Below, piece by piece: positions 43,739 to 53,456 of a DNA stretch of 56,268 nucleotides (positions within the stretch are counted from its first letter, which is position 1; each line of letters starts with the position of its first letter). The notes below the pieces were generated by a model. The model saw only the letters and a program-made list of their open reading frames with translations. It made no database searches and was not told the DNA's origin. The position numbers and the translations under genes are program-made. The DNA comes from a virus (taxonomy: Duplodnaviria > Caudoviricetes), in the IMG/VR virus record IMGVR_UViG_3300036832_001266, positions 1 to 56,268 of that record, one strand, 5' to 3'.

Positions 43739-44696
43739 GTTCGTTCTCAATAAAGAAGCGAGTGCGTTTCTCTACGACCTGGCGCACGAAAACTTTCGTG
43801 GTATGTCGGCAAAGCGTGCGCGAATGGCGATAGAAACAACGCGAACACTAGCCCGCTTACCGCACAAGATTTGTTGGTTCGAGATCGATCAAGACGCCAT
43901 GGACGACCACCATCAAGAATTGCACGGCGAATTACCGAAAAGAAATCGCAGCGACCTTGACGATGGCGGCCTGATCCTGCACGACGATACGTCAAGAGTC
44001 GGTTGGCTCCTGCGCCGAGCTGACGAGACCGAGACCGCAATACGTGCATCGATCTTTACTCTTGGCGGAAAGGGGGCATGCACACAGCAGCCTCTAGACG
44101 TCGCCTGGACGACCGACAACACAACTTGGGGCCCGATAGAGGGCGAGATGCTGATACAGGTGCATAAACTTTTCCAGGAATGCTTTGGAGTTCCTACCAG
44201 CAGTATTGCTTTGTTGAGCAATGACATGACGCATCTTTGGGACAATCGCGGCTACACCGTCAATGCGCGAAACTATTTTGTCGCTTCGCTTGGCTATGAA
44301 TTGCGGCGCATACTCACCCTAGTTGCTTGCATCAACGACATCCCTATGGGCGTCAAAGAGGTAAAGGCGACGCATGGCTTTGTGGCGGCTGGCCGTTATC
44401 ACAAGTTCCTCGATCACAGCATCATCACGCTGGAACTGCCAAAGGGCCGCGATCCGATCAAGCTCGCCCGTTCGATCATTGCCCGTATTCGCCGTCGTGC
44501 CCATCAGGTACGCGGCCATTGGCGCGATGATTGGCGCCAGCCAGTTAACAAAACCTGCCTCCACGATTTCGATGAGCACATGGTTTGCAGGCAATGCGGG
44601 GGGCATCAGATTTGGGTACACGAGCACCAGCGCGGCGATGCTAGCCTGGGATTTGTTGTGCATGACTATGACGTGCGTCATGACAACCCAGATTAG
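43614..44696 (+). CDS. Conserved phage protein (RAHQVRGHWR / HQRGDASLG motif)
   Basis: 360 aa; GAGGAG RBS. Confidence 0.8.
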   Translation: MKDKKQPLLLDLALRESLRKARPWRPQSVARSTTQLLLNARRFVLNKEASAFLYDLAHENFRGMSAKRARMAIETTRTLARLPHKICWFEIDQDAMDDHHQELHGELPKRNRSDLDDGGLILHDDTSRVGWLLRRADETETAIRASIFTLGGKGACTQQPLDVAWTTDNTTWGPIEGEMLIQVHKLFQECFGVPTSSIALLSNDMTHLWDNRGYTVNARNYFVASLGYELRRILTLVACINDIPMGVKEVKATHGFVAAGRYHKFLDHSIITLELPKGRDPIKLARSIIARIRRRAHQVRGHWRDDWRQPVNKTCLHDFDEHMVCRQCGGHQIWVHEHQRGDASLGFVVHDYDVRHDNPD

Positions 44697-44755
44697 AGGC
44701 TTGCGACTCAGGGCCGCCAACTATACGTGTCTGGCTACCTCGTGCGGAGGTAGCT

Positions 44756-44965
44756 ATGCGGTTTCATCTCGCGGGACAGGCCGAGTACTGTCGCAAGCGC
44801 GCTGCGCGTTGTCGTAGGCTGCGACTACGCGACATGGAGCTGCATTGGCTCCACCTCGCCGAGAGCTATGAGCTTGCCGAAAAGGTCAGCGGCTTCCTGC
44901 AATGGAACGCACAGCGGCTGGCGCCGCCGGAGGCTTTCGGCTACAATGAGCGCGTGAAGGTATGA
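44756..44965 (+). CDS. Hypothetical protein
   Basis: GGAGG RBS inside a hairpin; WLHLAESYELA motif. Confidence 0.6.
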   Translation: MRFHLAGQAEYCRKRAARCRRLRLRDMELHWLHLAESYELAEKVSGFLQWNAQRLAPPEAFGYNERVKV

Positions 44966-45045
44966 AACCAATCTGTGTCAGTCTTCTTTGATTGGGCGAC
45001 GGCCTCGTCTCGTTGAGGGACGGGGCCGTTTCACGGAGGCAACCC

Positions 45046-45372
45046 ATGCGAGTCGAGATGACGGTTCCGTTGACGGTTGAGGTGGTGGTTTCCTGGTTAC
45101 GCCGGCAGAACCCGGACGAGGAATACATCTGGTCAGACCCGGTGTTTTGCTTGATGGGACGATATCTGGCTGATCATGGGTCGAGCTGGGGAGCGGTCGA
45201 CTATCGCGCCTTGCCGCACTACGAGGAAATCGCGCGGGCCAAACCATGGACATATGGAGCGGCGTTAGAGCGGGCGGAGCGATTGGCTTTGCCGCCGCCA
45301 GTGCCGCAGATTGCGCCACCGGTCCCGCAGATCGCTTCGGCGTCGCGCGAGTTGGTCATTGCAAGGGAGTGA
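45046..45372 (+). CDS. Hypothetical protein
   Basis: GGAGG RBS; KPWTYGAALER; PPVPQIA x2. Confidence 0.7.
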   Translation: MRVEMTVPLTVEVVVSWLRRQNPDEEYIWSDPVFCLMGRYLADHGSSWGAVDYRALPHYEEIARAKPWTYGAALERAERLALPPPVPQIAPPVPQIASASRELVIARE

Positions 45373-45503
45373 TCCAATACGAGTCCAGGTCGTTGTACTA
45401 GCTATGGTCATAGGGATTCTGGTAATCTTTGTGATCTATGGGAGGTTCTAATGCATATGATGTGGAGGACATGACATGACGGGAGCAGAGCGCTGAATAA
45501 ACA

Positions 45504-45531
45504 GTGCGGCCGGACAGGGGCCCGGCCGCAC
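45504..45531. terminator. Hairpin between convergent genes
   Basis: GTGCGGCCGG/CCGGCCGCAC 10-bp stem; no clear U tract. Confidence 0.35.
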
Positions 45532-45589
45532 CTCACGCCACCACTGACACAACACAACGACGGGACATCATATGGTGATGGCGTATCTC

Positions 45590-45997
45590 TTACGCAGCAG
45601 CTGCGTCAGCTGCCTTATCCTGCTCCTGGAATGCTGCGATCTCTTCCGCGACGTCGGTTCTAAATTCATCTCTGATTGTCGTCAGGCCAGCCGCCGCTTT
45701 GCGATTGCGCTTCGTCGCACGCAGAATTGCATCAGCCTGCCCACGCGCCACTTCACGGATATTGTTGGCTAGTCGCTGACAATCACCGGCAAGCTTCGTA
45801 GCCTCCAGCTGCACCTCGGCGCCGCATCGCTCGATGTGGACAGCCGCCGCCTCCGCGAACTTCAGCAACGGTTCAGCGGTGAGATTGCCGAAGTCCTCGA
45901 CAATAGGTTCCTCACTTGTCGGCGCTTCTCCGGTCGCTTCTCGTGTCTGCTGTACCGCGCGAGAGACAGCCTCATAAGCAGCCTTGTCATCCAACAT
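45590..45997 (-). CDS. Helical hypothetical protein
   Basis: AGGAGGA RBS. Confidence 0.7.
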   Translation of the reverse strand: MLDDKAAYEAVSRAVQQTREATGEAPTSEEPIVEDFGNLTAEPLLKFAEAAAVHIERCGAEVQLEATKLAGDCQRLANNIREVARGQADAILRATKRNRKAAAGLTTIRDEFRTDVAEEIAAFQEQDKAADAAAA

Positions 45998-46172
45998 TGC
46001 GTCGTCCTCCTGTGAAGCGCTCGATCAGTTCAACAACCAAAACAAAGACACCGAGCAGGATTAAGCAAGCGATCAGAATCCCGATGACCGCCGGTACAAG
46101 ATTGCCAGCCTTGAAGTGTTGGCCAGTCCAAATGGCGACGATTAGCGATTGCCCCGGCAACTTTAATAGCAT
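45987..46172 (-). CDS. Small membrane protein
   Basis: Hydrophobic helix; AGGAGG upstream. Confidence 0.55.
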   Translation of the reverse strand: MLLKLPGQSLIVAIWTGQHFKAGNLVPAVIGILIACLILLGVFVLVVELIERFTGGRRNVG

Positions 46173-46251
46173 TCCAAGTTTTCATATCAGTCCTCCTGTG
46201 AGGACGCGAAACCTTCCGATCGGGCGTGGCGGATTTATGACGAGAAGGTCA

Positions 46252-46524
46252 TCATTGCTTCCGCATCGTCTTACTGAGACCTTCGATGATCAGCTTCTCG
46301 TTGCGCGGGATCAGCCTGCGAACCTGCGCGATGTGCGCGGTAAGTAGCGCCTCGCGCATCTTGTCCGTTTCCTCGGGATTGTCCGCAAGATAGTGGCCAG
46401 CCAAAAACATAGCCAGCAGATCGGCCAGCACTGTGCCTTGGATATACGGATGATGCCCCTTCAAAGCTGCAGCCATGAGGTTGAGCAACTCCGTCGTCTC
46501 GGCAGCAAATTCAGTCACCTTCAT
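46252..46524 (-). CDS. Hypothetical protein
   Basis: QGTVLADLLAMFLAGH motif. Confidence 0.65.
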   Translation of the reverse strand: MKVTEFAAETTELLNLMAAALKGHHPYIQGTVLADLLAMFLAGHYLADNPEETDKMREALLTAHIAQVRRLIPRNEKLIIEGLSKTMRKQ

Positions 46525-46672
46525 CGTTGCACCTGTAACCAAATCCAAAAAATAAACCCTAGCATGATATGCACGTATAGCCTAGCGTCGGAGGCGCCGA
46601 TTTCGGAGGAAAACGGCAAACACCCCAGAGGCGGAACGGCACAAAGCCGACGCCTCGTTGTAGGAAGCTCGA

Positions 46673-47473
46673 ATGAAAGCAAAATCTCTACTGCTTGCTA
46701 CGGCTTTGGCTTCGGTCGCGTTCGCGCCCGCCGCTAAGGCTGACCTGATGATTGCCGAAAGCACGTTTGCCGATCTTGGGGCAACCGGCTTCGGCAATGC
46801 TCCTCGCCTCTTGACGTTGCAGAACAACGGCTTCGAGGCAGGCGGAACGGTTGCCGGTGCAGGAGGGACCACCCTCTTTACCGGCCCCACGGGTGCGGCT
46901 TGCACCGCAGCCACATGTCCAGTCGGTGAACCACGGACTGGAACCAACGAGAGCTTGGTTGTCTCGTTGAATAGTCTTGGCTGGACTTCGGGAAGCCACG
47001 TTGGCATCGGCCTCGATACCAACGAAACCGGCAACGTCGTTGGTCTCACGTTCGATACCTTGGTGCTGAAAATCTACAATTCAGCCGGGACCGTTCTTGG
47101 GACTTTCAACGGCGATGGTCCAGTCAACATCACCGCCGCCCAACTAGCTCAACAGCAGGGCAACGGGAACAGTGTGTTCGACATCATACTGTCTCCCGTT
47201 GAGCAAACGCAGTTCAACGCTATCATCGCGGCGAACGGCGGGACAGCAAACGGTCTATTCGAAGGTCTCAGTGCGTCCTTCGGATGTCCTAGCACCATCA
47301 GCCCTTGCTTCGGAAGTACCGATGGTGCGGAGTCGTTCCTAGGCTTCAACCAAGCAGCGGTCCCCGGTCCAATCGCGGGTGCTGGCCTGCCGGGTTTGAT
47401 CGGCCTTGGTCTTCTTGGTCTGGCCAAATTGCGCCGTCGCAAGAATTGGTGGCAGTATAAGCGGACGGCCTGA
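46673..47473 (+). CDS. Secreted protein with PEP-CTERM-like (VPGP) sorting domain
   Basis: Sec signal (AKA/D); C-terminal VPGPIAGAGLPGL + hydrophobic helix + RRRK. Confidence 0.85.
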   Translation: MKAKSLLLATALASVAFAPAAKADLMIAESTFADLGATGFGNAPRLLTLQNNGFEAGGTVAGAGGTTLFTGPTGAACTAATCPVGEPRTGTNESLVVSLNSLGWTSGSHVGIGLDTNETGNVVGLTFDTLVLKIYNSAGTVLGTFNGDGPVNITAAQLAQQQGNGNSVFDIILSPVEQTQFNAIIAANGGTANGLFEGLSASFGCPSTISPCFGSTDGAESFLGFNQAAVPGPIAGAGLPGLIGLGLLGLAKLRRRKNWWQYKRTA

Positions 47474-47496
47474 CTCGCTGGCCTTGGCAACAGTTT

Positions 47497-47524
47497 CCCG
47501 TCGCGCACGCGCGGCGGGTTTACT
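47497..47524 (+). terminator. Intrinsic terminator candidate
   Basis: CCCGTCGCG-CACG-CGCGGCGGG-TTTACT. Confidence 0.5.
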
Positions 47525-47545
47525 CAAAAAGAAAGGCTTGAAACC

Positions 47546-47779
47546 ATGCGACATGACCTCCTAGGCATCACACCACCATTGCTAATTGGAACGAGAATTA
47601 GGTCCAACAATCTCGGCACGGGCACAATCATCATTCCATCGCACCGTCTATTGAACACCGACTGGCCGCACGAGGACAACGACGTCGCCGTCGCTTGGGA
47701 TCATCCCGTTGGCAGCGAAAGTTGGATTGACCCTAAACGCTTGTTCAGAGTCCATTTTATCTTCTTCGCAACGCAATGA
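47546..47779 (+). CDS. Hypothetical protein
   Basis: 77 aa, coupled. Confidence 0.55.
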   Translation: MRHDLLGITPPLLIGTRIRSNNLGTGTIIIPSHRLLNTDWPHEDNDVAVAWDHPVGSESWIDPKRLFRVHFIFFATQ

Positions 47780-47964
47780 CGAACCGCATAGTACTAGCAA
47801 TAAAAAAGGCCGCCCGCTATAAAACACTGATAACAGCGGGACGAGCATTCGACACTCGATTTGCTTGGCTAAGGCTCACGTTTTTGTATGTTGGCTTACT
47901 GATCGGCGCCATGAGTGTCGCATGGATAGCGCGGGTAGTGGCCGAAGGAATTGGATTGAAATGA
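47776..47964 (+). CDS. Small membrane protein
   Basis: One hydrophobic helix; ATGA coupling. Confidence 0.5.
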   Translation: MTNRIVLAIKKAARYKTLITAGRAFDTRFAWLRLTFLYVGLLIGAMSVAWIARVVAEGIGLK

Positions 47965-48137
47965 CAAAGATGAGCGCGTGGGAATGGCTCGCCATCCTCG
48001 CAACCTTTGGCACACTTGGTTATTACTTCTCTTACGCTGGCGTCACCTGGCAGAGCGTGCTGTTCGCAGCCGTCTTGATCGTCGCAGGGTTTCTTTCTGC
48101 CGACATGCTTTACGGCTTATGGTTCGGACGCAGGTAG
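47961..48137 (+). CDS. Small two-TM membrane protein
   Basis: ATGA coupling; two hydrophobic segments. Confidence 0.55.
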   Translation: MTKMSAWEWLAILATFGTLGYYFSYAGVTWQSVLFAAVLIVAGFLSADMLYGLWFGRR

Positions 48138-48157
48138 TCTCAAAAGGCAACGCTACA

Positions 48158-48742
48158 TTACTTAAGTTTTCCACGCAGGACAGCAGTTGTCAGACACGAG
48201 ATATCCTCCAACTGATCCCGAAACATGAACTTCGTGCCGGGATCAAGATCGGGAGGGGGGGCGGTATGATGCTCACGGATGAATCTCTGTTTCGTTACCC
48301 ATCCCAAGATCAGAACAATGGGATCATTGTGGAAGAACCAATCCCGAGCACAAACGCCGACAAGGATGTCTGCCGGGCTTTTCGCAAGAAAACGATTCTT
48401 GGTCACCGGCCAAATTAGAAACATGGTCTTTGATCCCTTCACGTCGATCAGCTTCTTCCGGTAGTTGACGTCCCATCCGCGGTCGCATTTACGCCCCCAA
48501 TCAAGCGTCTTGGGATCACGGCCAATATAGAGGCAGAATGCACATTCGCAGACCTTGCCCATCGCCTGATGACGCACGCTCTTGTCGATCCCGGGCCGCG
48601 CAAGGGCACGGGATTTCTCCTTTTGCTTTTTGGCGTAACCCAGAACCGAGCGCTCGCCCCATCCCATCGATTCCTTAATCCATTCCAGCGGGACGTCGAC
48701 CTCGACGGGTACTGCCGGTAGGAGCAGCCTCGAATCCCACAC
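48158..48742 (-). CDS. PD-(D/E)xK nuclease-like protein
   Basis: GKVCECAF...DRGWD...IDVK; GGAGG RBS before GTG 48742. Confidence 0.6.
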   Translation of the reverse strand: MWDSRLLLPAVPVEVDVPLEWIKESMGWGERSVLGYAKKQKEKSRALARPGIDKSVRHQAMGKVCECAFCLYIGRDPKTLDWGRKCDRGWDVNYRKKLIDVKGSKTMFLIWPVTKNRFLAKSPADILVGVCARDWFFHNDPIVLILGWVTKQRFIREHHTAPPPDLDPGTKFMFRDQLEDISCLTTAVLRGKLK

Positions 48743-49778
48743 AGGTCCAGCCCTCCATTTGTCCGCGCGCAAATAATTCGATCTTGGTTTCGGGCGTGTC
48801 GAAATACGGATACATCTGCTCGATTGCCTGCCGGATTTCCGGCGGCTTGGCACTGTGCTTAGTACGTCGATGGCAAAACACCGACGAAAACAACTTGACC
48901 GGCTTTGGCATATCGCCGCGCGTACCGGCGAGCAGCACCTCATGCCGATTGCGAAACAGCAGCCCGGTGCCAATCCGCATTTTGTCCCATATGGCATGGG
49001 TTTTGTAGGTGAAGCCCCAGCTTTCAATGATGTCGATGGCACGAAAAATATTCGATGATGTACACCACAAGAACAGAATCGCGTCTTTGGCTGCCAGATC
49101 GCTGATTGATTGTTTACCGATCTTAAATGCCGCAATCTCTTCGTCCGACATCACCGGATAATGATCCTCCGGCATGCGATGCGATTCGTGGCCCTTTGGC
49201 GTATAGGTCTCGAACGTCCACGGTGGGTCGGCGTAAATCAGCGGGAAAGGCCCGAGCCTATCGGACGCAATCCTTACTTTGGCCCTGGTCGCAATCTTCT
49301 GATGCCGCTCCTCCCGACGCTCCTTGTACCAATAGGGCGATGCCTCCTCGATCAGCCACTCCATCGTCGGCAATATCTCTTGCTGTTTGGCCTCGGCGTA
49401 GACCTTGCGGCGCTCACCAATCGGCAGATAGCTCGCGCGCTGGCACTCGATAGCGCGGGCCTTTTGGAGATTAAGCCGCAGAAGCTCAGCCGTGAAACTA
49501 GGAGCGCTCCGCTCCTCATTTTTCTTTGGCCGGCCGGTTTGACCCCGCAGCATCTTCCGCAGCATAACGCCAAGACTGCAGCGAGCATCAAGATAAAGCT
49601 CGCGCACTGGTCGAAGATGCTCAGGGCGATAGAAACCGGCGCTCTTAAGGGCCGCTTCCAGGCCAGCGGTTGCAGCGCCAACTTGGATCACCTGCTCGGG
49701 CTCTTTGGCTGCCATCAGCCCCCGCCGCAACGCCGCGATCTGCCTCGGTAGCTCGGCAACAATGATCTGCTTGTTCAT
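48675..49778 (-). CDS. MT-A70 family N6-adenine methyltransferase with N-terminal extension
   Basis: IYADPPW, HYPVM, LFLW, WGFTYKT, RNRHE, HSAKP, IELFAR. Confidence 0.92.
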   Translation of the reverse strand: MNKQIIVAELPRQIAALRRGLMAAKEPEQVIQVGAATAGLEAALKSAGFYRPEHLRPVRELYLDARCSLGVMLRKMLRGQTGRPKKNEERSAPSFTAELLRLNLQKARAIECQRASYLPIGERRKVYAEAKQQEILPTMEWLIEEASPYWYKERREERHQKIATRAKVRIASDRLGPFPLIYADPPWTFETYTPKGHESHRMPEDHYPVMSDEEIAAFKIGKQSISDLAAKDAILFLWCTSSNIFRAIDIIESWGFTYKTHAIWDKMRIGTGLLFRNRHEVLLAGTRGDMPKPVKLFSSVFCHRRTKHSAKPPEIRQAIEQMYPYFDTPETKIELFARGQMEGWTCVGFEAAPTGSTRRGRRPAGMD

Positions 49779-49792
49779 CTAGTTGTTCTCGT

Positions 49793-49996
49793 TCACCGGT
49801 TGCGCCGAGCTTCATGTCGCTGTTCCTCCAGCTCCAGCAGCGCCAGCTCGATACCCCTCGCAATTAGGTCGGTCTGCGACGGGCCCGATGGCGGCCATTG
49901 CCGCCGGCCGCGTGTCACCTGGCGCAGTCGCTTAAGTAGTTGCATCGGTAACCGAAAGGAAACCTGGGCCCGGTTTTTTTCCGCTTGATTGGTCAT
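49793..49996 (-). CDS. Arc/ribbon-helix-helix-like regulator
   Basis: QVSFRLPMQLLKRLR...SQTDLIARGIELAL. Confidence 0.7.
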   Translation of the reverse strand: MTNQAEKNRAQVSFRLPMQLLKRLRQVTRGRRQWPPSGPSQTDLIARGIELALLELEEQRHEARRNR

Positions 49997-50000
49997 AGCA

Positions 50001-50015
50001 TTGCTTGTATAGCAA
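50001..50015. promoter_or_regulatory. Palindromic operator candidate
   Basis: TTGCT-TGTAT-AGCAA in a 27-bp divergent gap. Confidence 0.45.
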
Positions 50016-50023
50016 GGAGAATC

Positions 50024-50473
50024 ATGCGACGCAAGCGCATCAGCTGGAAAACTAAATATGCGTCAGCATTGCTGGCCCTTGATGATATTCTTTACACCCA
50101 CGCCACCAAGATGACCGAGGACCATATCATCAGCCTCTATCACATCGACCATAACATCCTGCATGAGACGGGCCATCCCGATCGGAACAAGTTCTGGAAT
50201 CTGACGCCGAAGCTGATCGCCGAGCATCGCGAGAAGACCAAGCAAGACCTCAAGATCATCGCCAAGAGCAGGCGCATACGCAATGCCGCAGGAGCCGGTA
50301 ACCATGAAGCCCGGCTAGGGAAAGCTCCGCTGCGGACAGGGCCGGATGGGGTGAACGGGGTAAACTTTAGGCGCCCAAGTATCCGTTCTTCATCCGGCCC
50401 GCACAAAATCCGCTCGCGCGGTTTCGACAAGACGCGCAAGCGCAAGTGGGACGGCACGGTGGTGAGACGATGA
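50024..50473 (+). CDS. Degenerate HNH-like protein
   Basis: IDH...NL...HREKTKQD and basic tail KRKWDGTVV; AAGGAG RBS. Confidence 0.65.
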   Translation: MRRKRISWKTKYASALLALDDILYTHATKMTEDHIISLYHIDHNILHETGHPDRNKFWNLTPKLIAEHREKTKQDLKIIAKSRRIRNAAGAGNHEARLGKAPLRTGPDGVNGVNFRRPSIRSSSGPHKIRSRGFDKTRKRKWDGTVVRR

Positions 50474-50919
50474 CAAAAATGGTTACCGCAGAGCAACTGG
50501 AAAGAGAAGAGAAAAGAGTCGAAGGGCTTCAGCAGCGCTTCCGTGATGCTCAGTGGGAAATCTGCTCAGAGCCGAGCGCCGCAGAAGCCACCGTTGCAGT
50601 GCTGATGGATATCCGCTCACAGCTCAAGCATATGAATCGGCTGCTAACGGAAATGCGTGACTGGACGCAAAGCTCCTGCGGGCATGTCAATCGGATTCGC
50701 GAATTTGTAGTGGACCTCAAGCACCAGAACGCCCGCGATCTCGAAATCATCCGCAACAGCACCGTTCGTCACGGTGTGGTCGTGAGCGAGGTCGGGCATG
50801 CCCAGGTTGAACTGATGAAGGAGCTTGTGGCGTACACCAAGAAGAAGGTGCGCAAACATGACCGAAAAAAAGAGGTATTCCGGCATCGGAACACGGCATC
50901 AAGGAGAACTAAACAGTGA
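50470..50919 (+). CDS. Hypothetical protein
   Basis: Coupled on both sides. Confidence 0.6.
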   Translation: MTKMVTAEQLEREEKRVEGLQQRFRDAQWEICSEPSAAEATVAVLMDIRSQLKHMNRLLTEMRDWTQSSCGHVNRIREFVVDLKHQNARDLEIIRNSTVRHGVVVSEVGHAQVELMKELVAYTKKKVRKHDRKKEVFRHRNTASRRTKQ

Positions 50920-51821
50920 GCGACTGGCAATGGTGGCAAGACAAGCTTGCCGGCAAACCGGTACAAGCTAATCCGGATTTGCCGCAGTGGGGATTTTACC
51001 GTCAGTCCTACAAGGCGTTCTATGGTGCGCGTAAAACATTCACACCTGTCGCATATTATCCTGATGCCAACACCGGTGAGATGCGCTGCCGCATTGGCGA
51101 TGAGGACATCAGTGGTGACTCGATCAGGGCAACGAGAATGTGGAACCATGTCCACAACAACCCTGTCACCTTCGAGGCTTTCAACGACGTAGCCGAGAAG
51201 GGCGAGCTGTGGCCAGACGAGCATGAGTTGGTACGGATGGCCAGCGATAATCAGCCACCCGAGGACAACAGCTTTGAAGGCCTGCGTGATGCGATCGAGG
51301 ACCTCGCCCACGAAGCCGAGCGGCGCATCGAAGGACCGCCGATCGCAGATCAGAACGAGGCCGACAAGATCGCCAATTTGACCGATCGGCTGAGCGAGCT
51401 GTGGAAGAAAGCGGACGAGGCGCGCAAGGAAGAGAAGCGCCCCTTCGATCTCGGCGCTCAAGCTGTACAGAAACGATGGGCACCGGTCATGTTGCTGGCC
51501 GAGACCTACAAAAATCTCAAGTACAAGCTGCTTACGCCTTGGCTCAAGCGACTCGATGACGAGCGCAAAAAAGAGGCCGAGGCGGCCGCGGCCGCGGGTG
51601 CTCCGATCGAAATGAAACGGCCCCGAGCGGGCACCCGCGGTCGTGCGATGAGCCTCAAGTCGCTCAAGCGCGCTGAAATCTACGACTACGAAAAATGCCT
51701 CGCGTACTTCGCCGAGAGCCCCGATGTGAAAGCAACCGTGCAAGACCTGGCCAATCGGGCAGTCCGTGCCGGCATTACTGTGCCAGGTGCCAAGGTGCTG
51801 GAAGAAACCCAGGCCGTGTGA
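50916..51821 (+). CDS. Coiled-coil recombination-module protein
   Basis: PQWGFYR N-domain; ADEARKEEKRP coiled coil; GITVPGA C-terminus. Confidence 0.7.
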   Translation: MSDWQWWQDKLAGKPVQANPDLPQWGFYRQSYKAFYGARKTFTPVAYYPDANTGEMRCRIGDEDISGDSIRATRMWNHVHNNPVTFEAFNDVAEKGELWPDEHELVRMASDNQPPEDNSFEGLRDAIEDLAHEAERRIEGPPIADQNEADKIANLTDRLSELWKKADEARKEEKRPFDLGAQAVQKRWAPVMLLAETYKNLKYKLLTPWLKRLDDERKKEAEAAAAAGAPIEMKRPRAGTRGRAMSLKSLKRAEIYDYEKCLAYFAESPDVKATVQDLANRAVRAGITVPGAKVLEETQAV

Positions 51822-51979
51822 TGTCTGACCATCCCCATCTCGATAAGCTGCTCTTGGAAGCAAAGCGACTTGTGAGCCTGCTGGAAGAGCCCGAATTAGG
51901 ACTCGCGACCTGGCATATGATGGTCGGTGACGTCTTACGTGAGATAGCAGAGTATGCACCCCAGAAGGACAGAAAATGA
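51821..51979 (+). CDS. Hypothetical protein
   Basis: TGATG coupling; PELGLATW motif. Confidence 0.55.
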   Translation: MSDHPHLDKLLLEAKRLVSLLEEPELGLATWHMMVGDVLREIAEYAPQKDRK

Positions 51980-52335
51980 TGGGACGCACCAAGGTCACGC
52001 TTGATCTTAGTGATTGGGAACTGGCGGAGTGGCCAGAAGAGCTTTGGAAAGCGGTCGAGGTTACGAAAAACGATTACGCGATCAACATCGAAATCAACGC
52101 TTCGATCATGGAAACGGCCGCTCGAAAGATTATCAAGCAGGGTATTGAAACATATTTGAACGACGCAACTTTTTGGTTTTCGGAAAAAGGACTCGAAGTT
52201 GCCGACATGAATTGTGAAACGGAGTTCGTGGTGCCGTGGGACAACGTATTGTTCCGGACAGAGGCCATGTTGAATCAGGTCGAAAAGATGCTTGCCGCAA
52301 GACGCCAAGAACTCAAGGACGAAGAAGGAGATTAG
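51976..52335 (+). CDS. Hypothetical protein
   Basis: 119 aa, coupled. Confidence 0.65.
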   Translation: MMGRTKVTLDLSDWELAEWPEELWKAVEVTKNDYAINIEINASIMETAARKIIKQGIETYLNDATFWFSEKGLEVADMNCETEFVVPWDNVLFRTEAMLNQVEKMLAARRQELKDEEGD

Positions 52336-52337
52336 AG

Positions 52338-53456
52338 ATGGATGACATCAAGCCCCGCCGCTTGCCGATGGTGCCGGGACCGCCCGATCCGCAGAAGCTG
52401 CCGATCTCCGCTGCTGTGCAAGTCAACGAACGGCAAACTGCCGAGCGACCGCCGCTCTTCCAAATTGGCCCTGTCGGCAACCTCGCCAAGGCGATTGCGG
52501 AGGTGATGTCCAAAGTCGGCACGATTCCCAAGCGCGGCTTGAACAAATTCCACAACTACCACTACGTTCTGATGGAAGACGTTTTGAACGCGGTGACGCC
52601 GTTGATGGGACAAGCTGGGTTGGCAATTATTCAGAACGAGATCAAAATCAATCAGATCGAGAATAACCGTGTTGCCGTGGTCTACGAATTTCACCTCATT
52701 CACGAGAGCGGAGAAACCTGGCCTCCGATGCGGGGTACGGGCATGGCGATGGCGCGTGACAGTAAGGGAAATATCGACGACAAAGCCATCAACAAATGTC
52801 ACACGGCCGCGAGAAAATATTTTGTCTCCAGCTTGTTTCAGATTCCGGCAGGAGACTTCCCCGATGTTGATAGTGACGAAGATGTTAACGCGAATCAACG
52901 TAAAGAGCGCGGTCCTGTGCCAGGGCCATATCCGGCACAGACAAGCCAGCCCACCGCTGGCCTGGGAAGAAGTGAGGGACAGGGTTTCGGACCCGGCAAA
53001 ATAGAAGCAATACCCCACAAGCTGATGCTGGGCCCCGGACATGACGCCGACGATTATGCCTCTGCCTATATCCGAGCGATCGGAGCTGCCCAATCGCAAG
53101 AAGAGATCGAGCAATGGGATAAGCTCAATGATTCCATCCTGCAGAAAATGAGCGACACACGCTCAGAGCTATACGACAGGATCAGAGTCGCGGTTGAGCG
53201 CCGGCTGTCAGACCTGGTCAAGACCACGCCTGACGGCATGCCCGATCCGAAGGTGGACCCGCAGGACAGTATGAACTGGATCGCCGCGCAGCTGCAGGCC
53301 ATGAGCACCTACGAGGCTGCCGAGGCGTTCTGGAACGAAATGGTTGCGCCGCTTGAGAAGCAGTTCGACATCGTCGACTGGAGCATGTTGCTGGACGAAT
53401 TTACCCGCGCTGAACACCGGCTGAACCCGCCGGCACCGGAGCCGGAGGCAGCATGA
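52338..53456 (+). CDS. ERF family ssDNA-annealing protein
   Basis: IPKRGLNKFHNYHY...EDV...IHESGE...DKAINKCHTAARKY...FQIP; AAGGAG RBS. Confidence 0.88.
   Translation: MDDIKPRRLPMVPGPPDPQKLPISAAVQVNERQTAERPPLFQIGPVGNLAKAIAEVMSKVGTIPKRGLNKFHNYHYVLMEDVLNAVTPLMGQAGLAIIQNEIKINQIENNRVAVVYEFHLIHESGETWPPMRGTGMAMARDSKGNIDDKAINKCHTAARKYFVSSLFQIPAGDFPDVDSDEDVNANQRKERGPVPGPYPAQTSQPTAGLGRSEGQGFGPGKIEAIPHKLMLGPGHDADDYASAYIRAIGAAQSQEEIEQWDKLNDSILQKMSDTRSELYDRIRVAVERRLSDLVKTTPDGMPDPKVDPQDSMNWIAAQLQAMSTYEAAEAFWNEMVAPLEKQFDIVDWSMLLDEFTRAEHRLNPPAPEPEAA

Noticed and set aside
47961-48137. Holin call for the two-TM protein
   Set aside because: No neighbouring endolysin or spanin; lies in the early region
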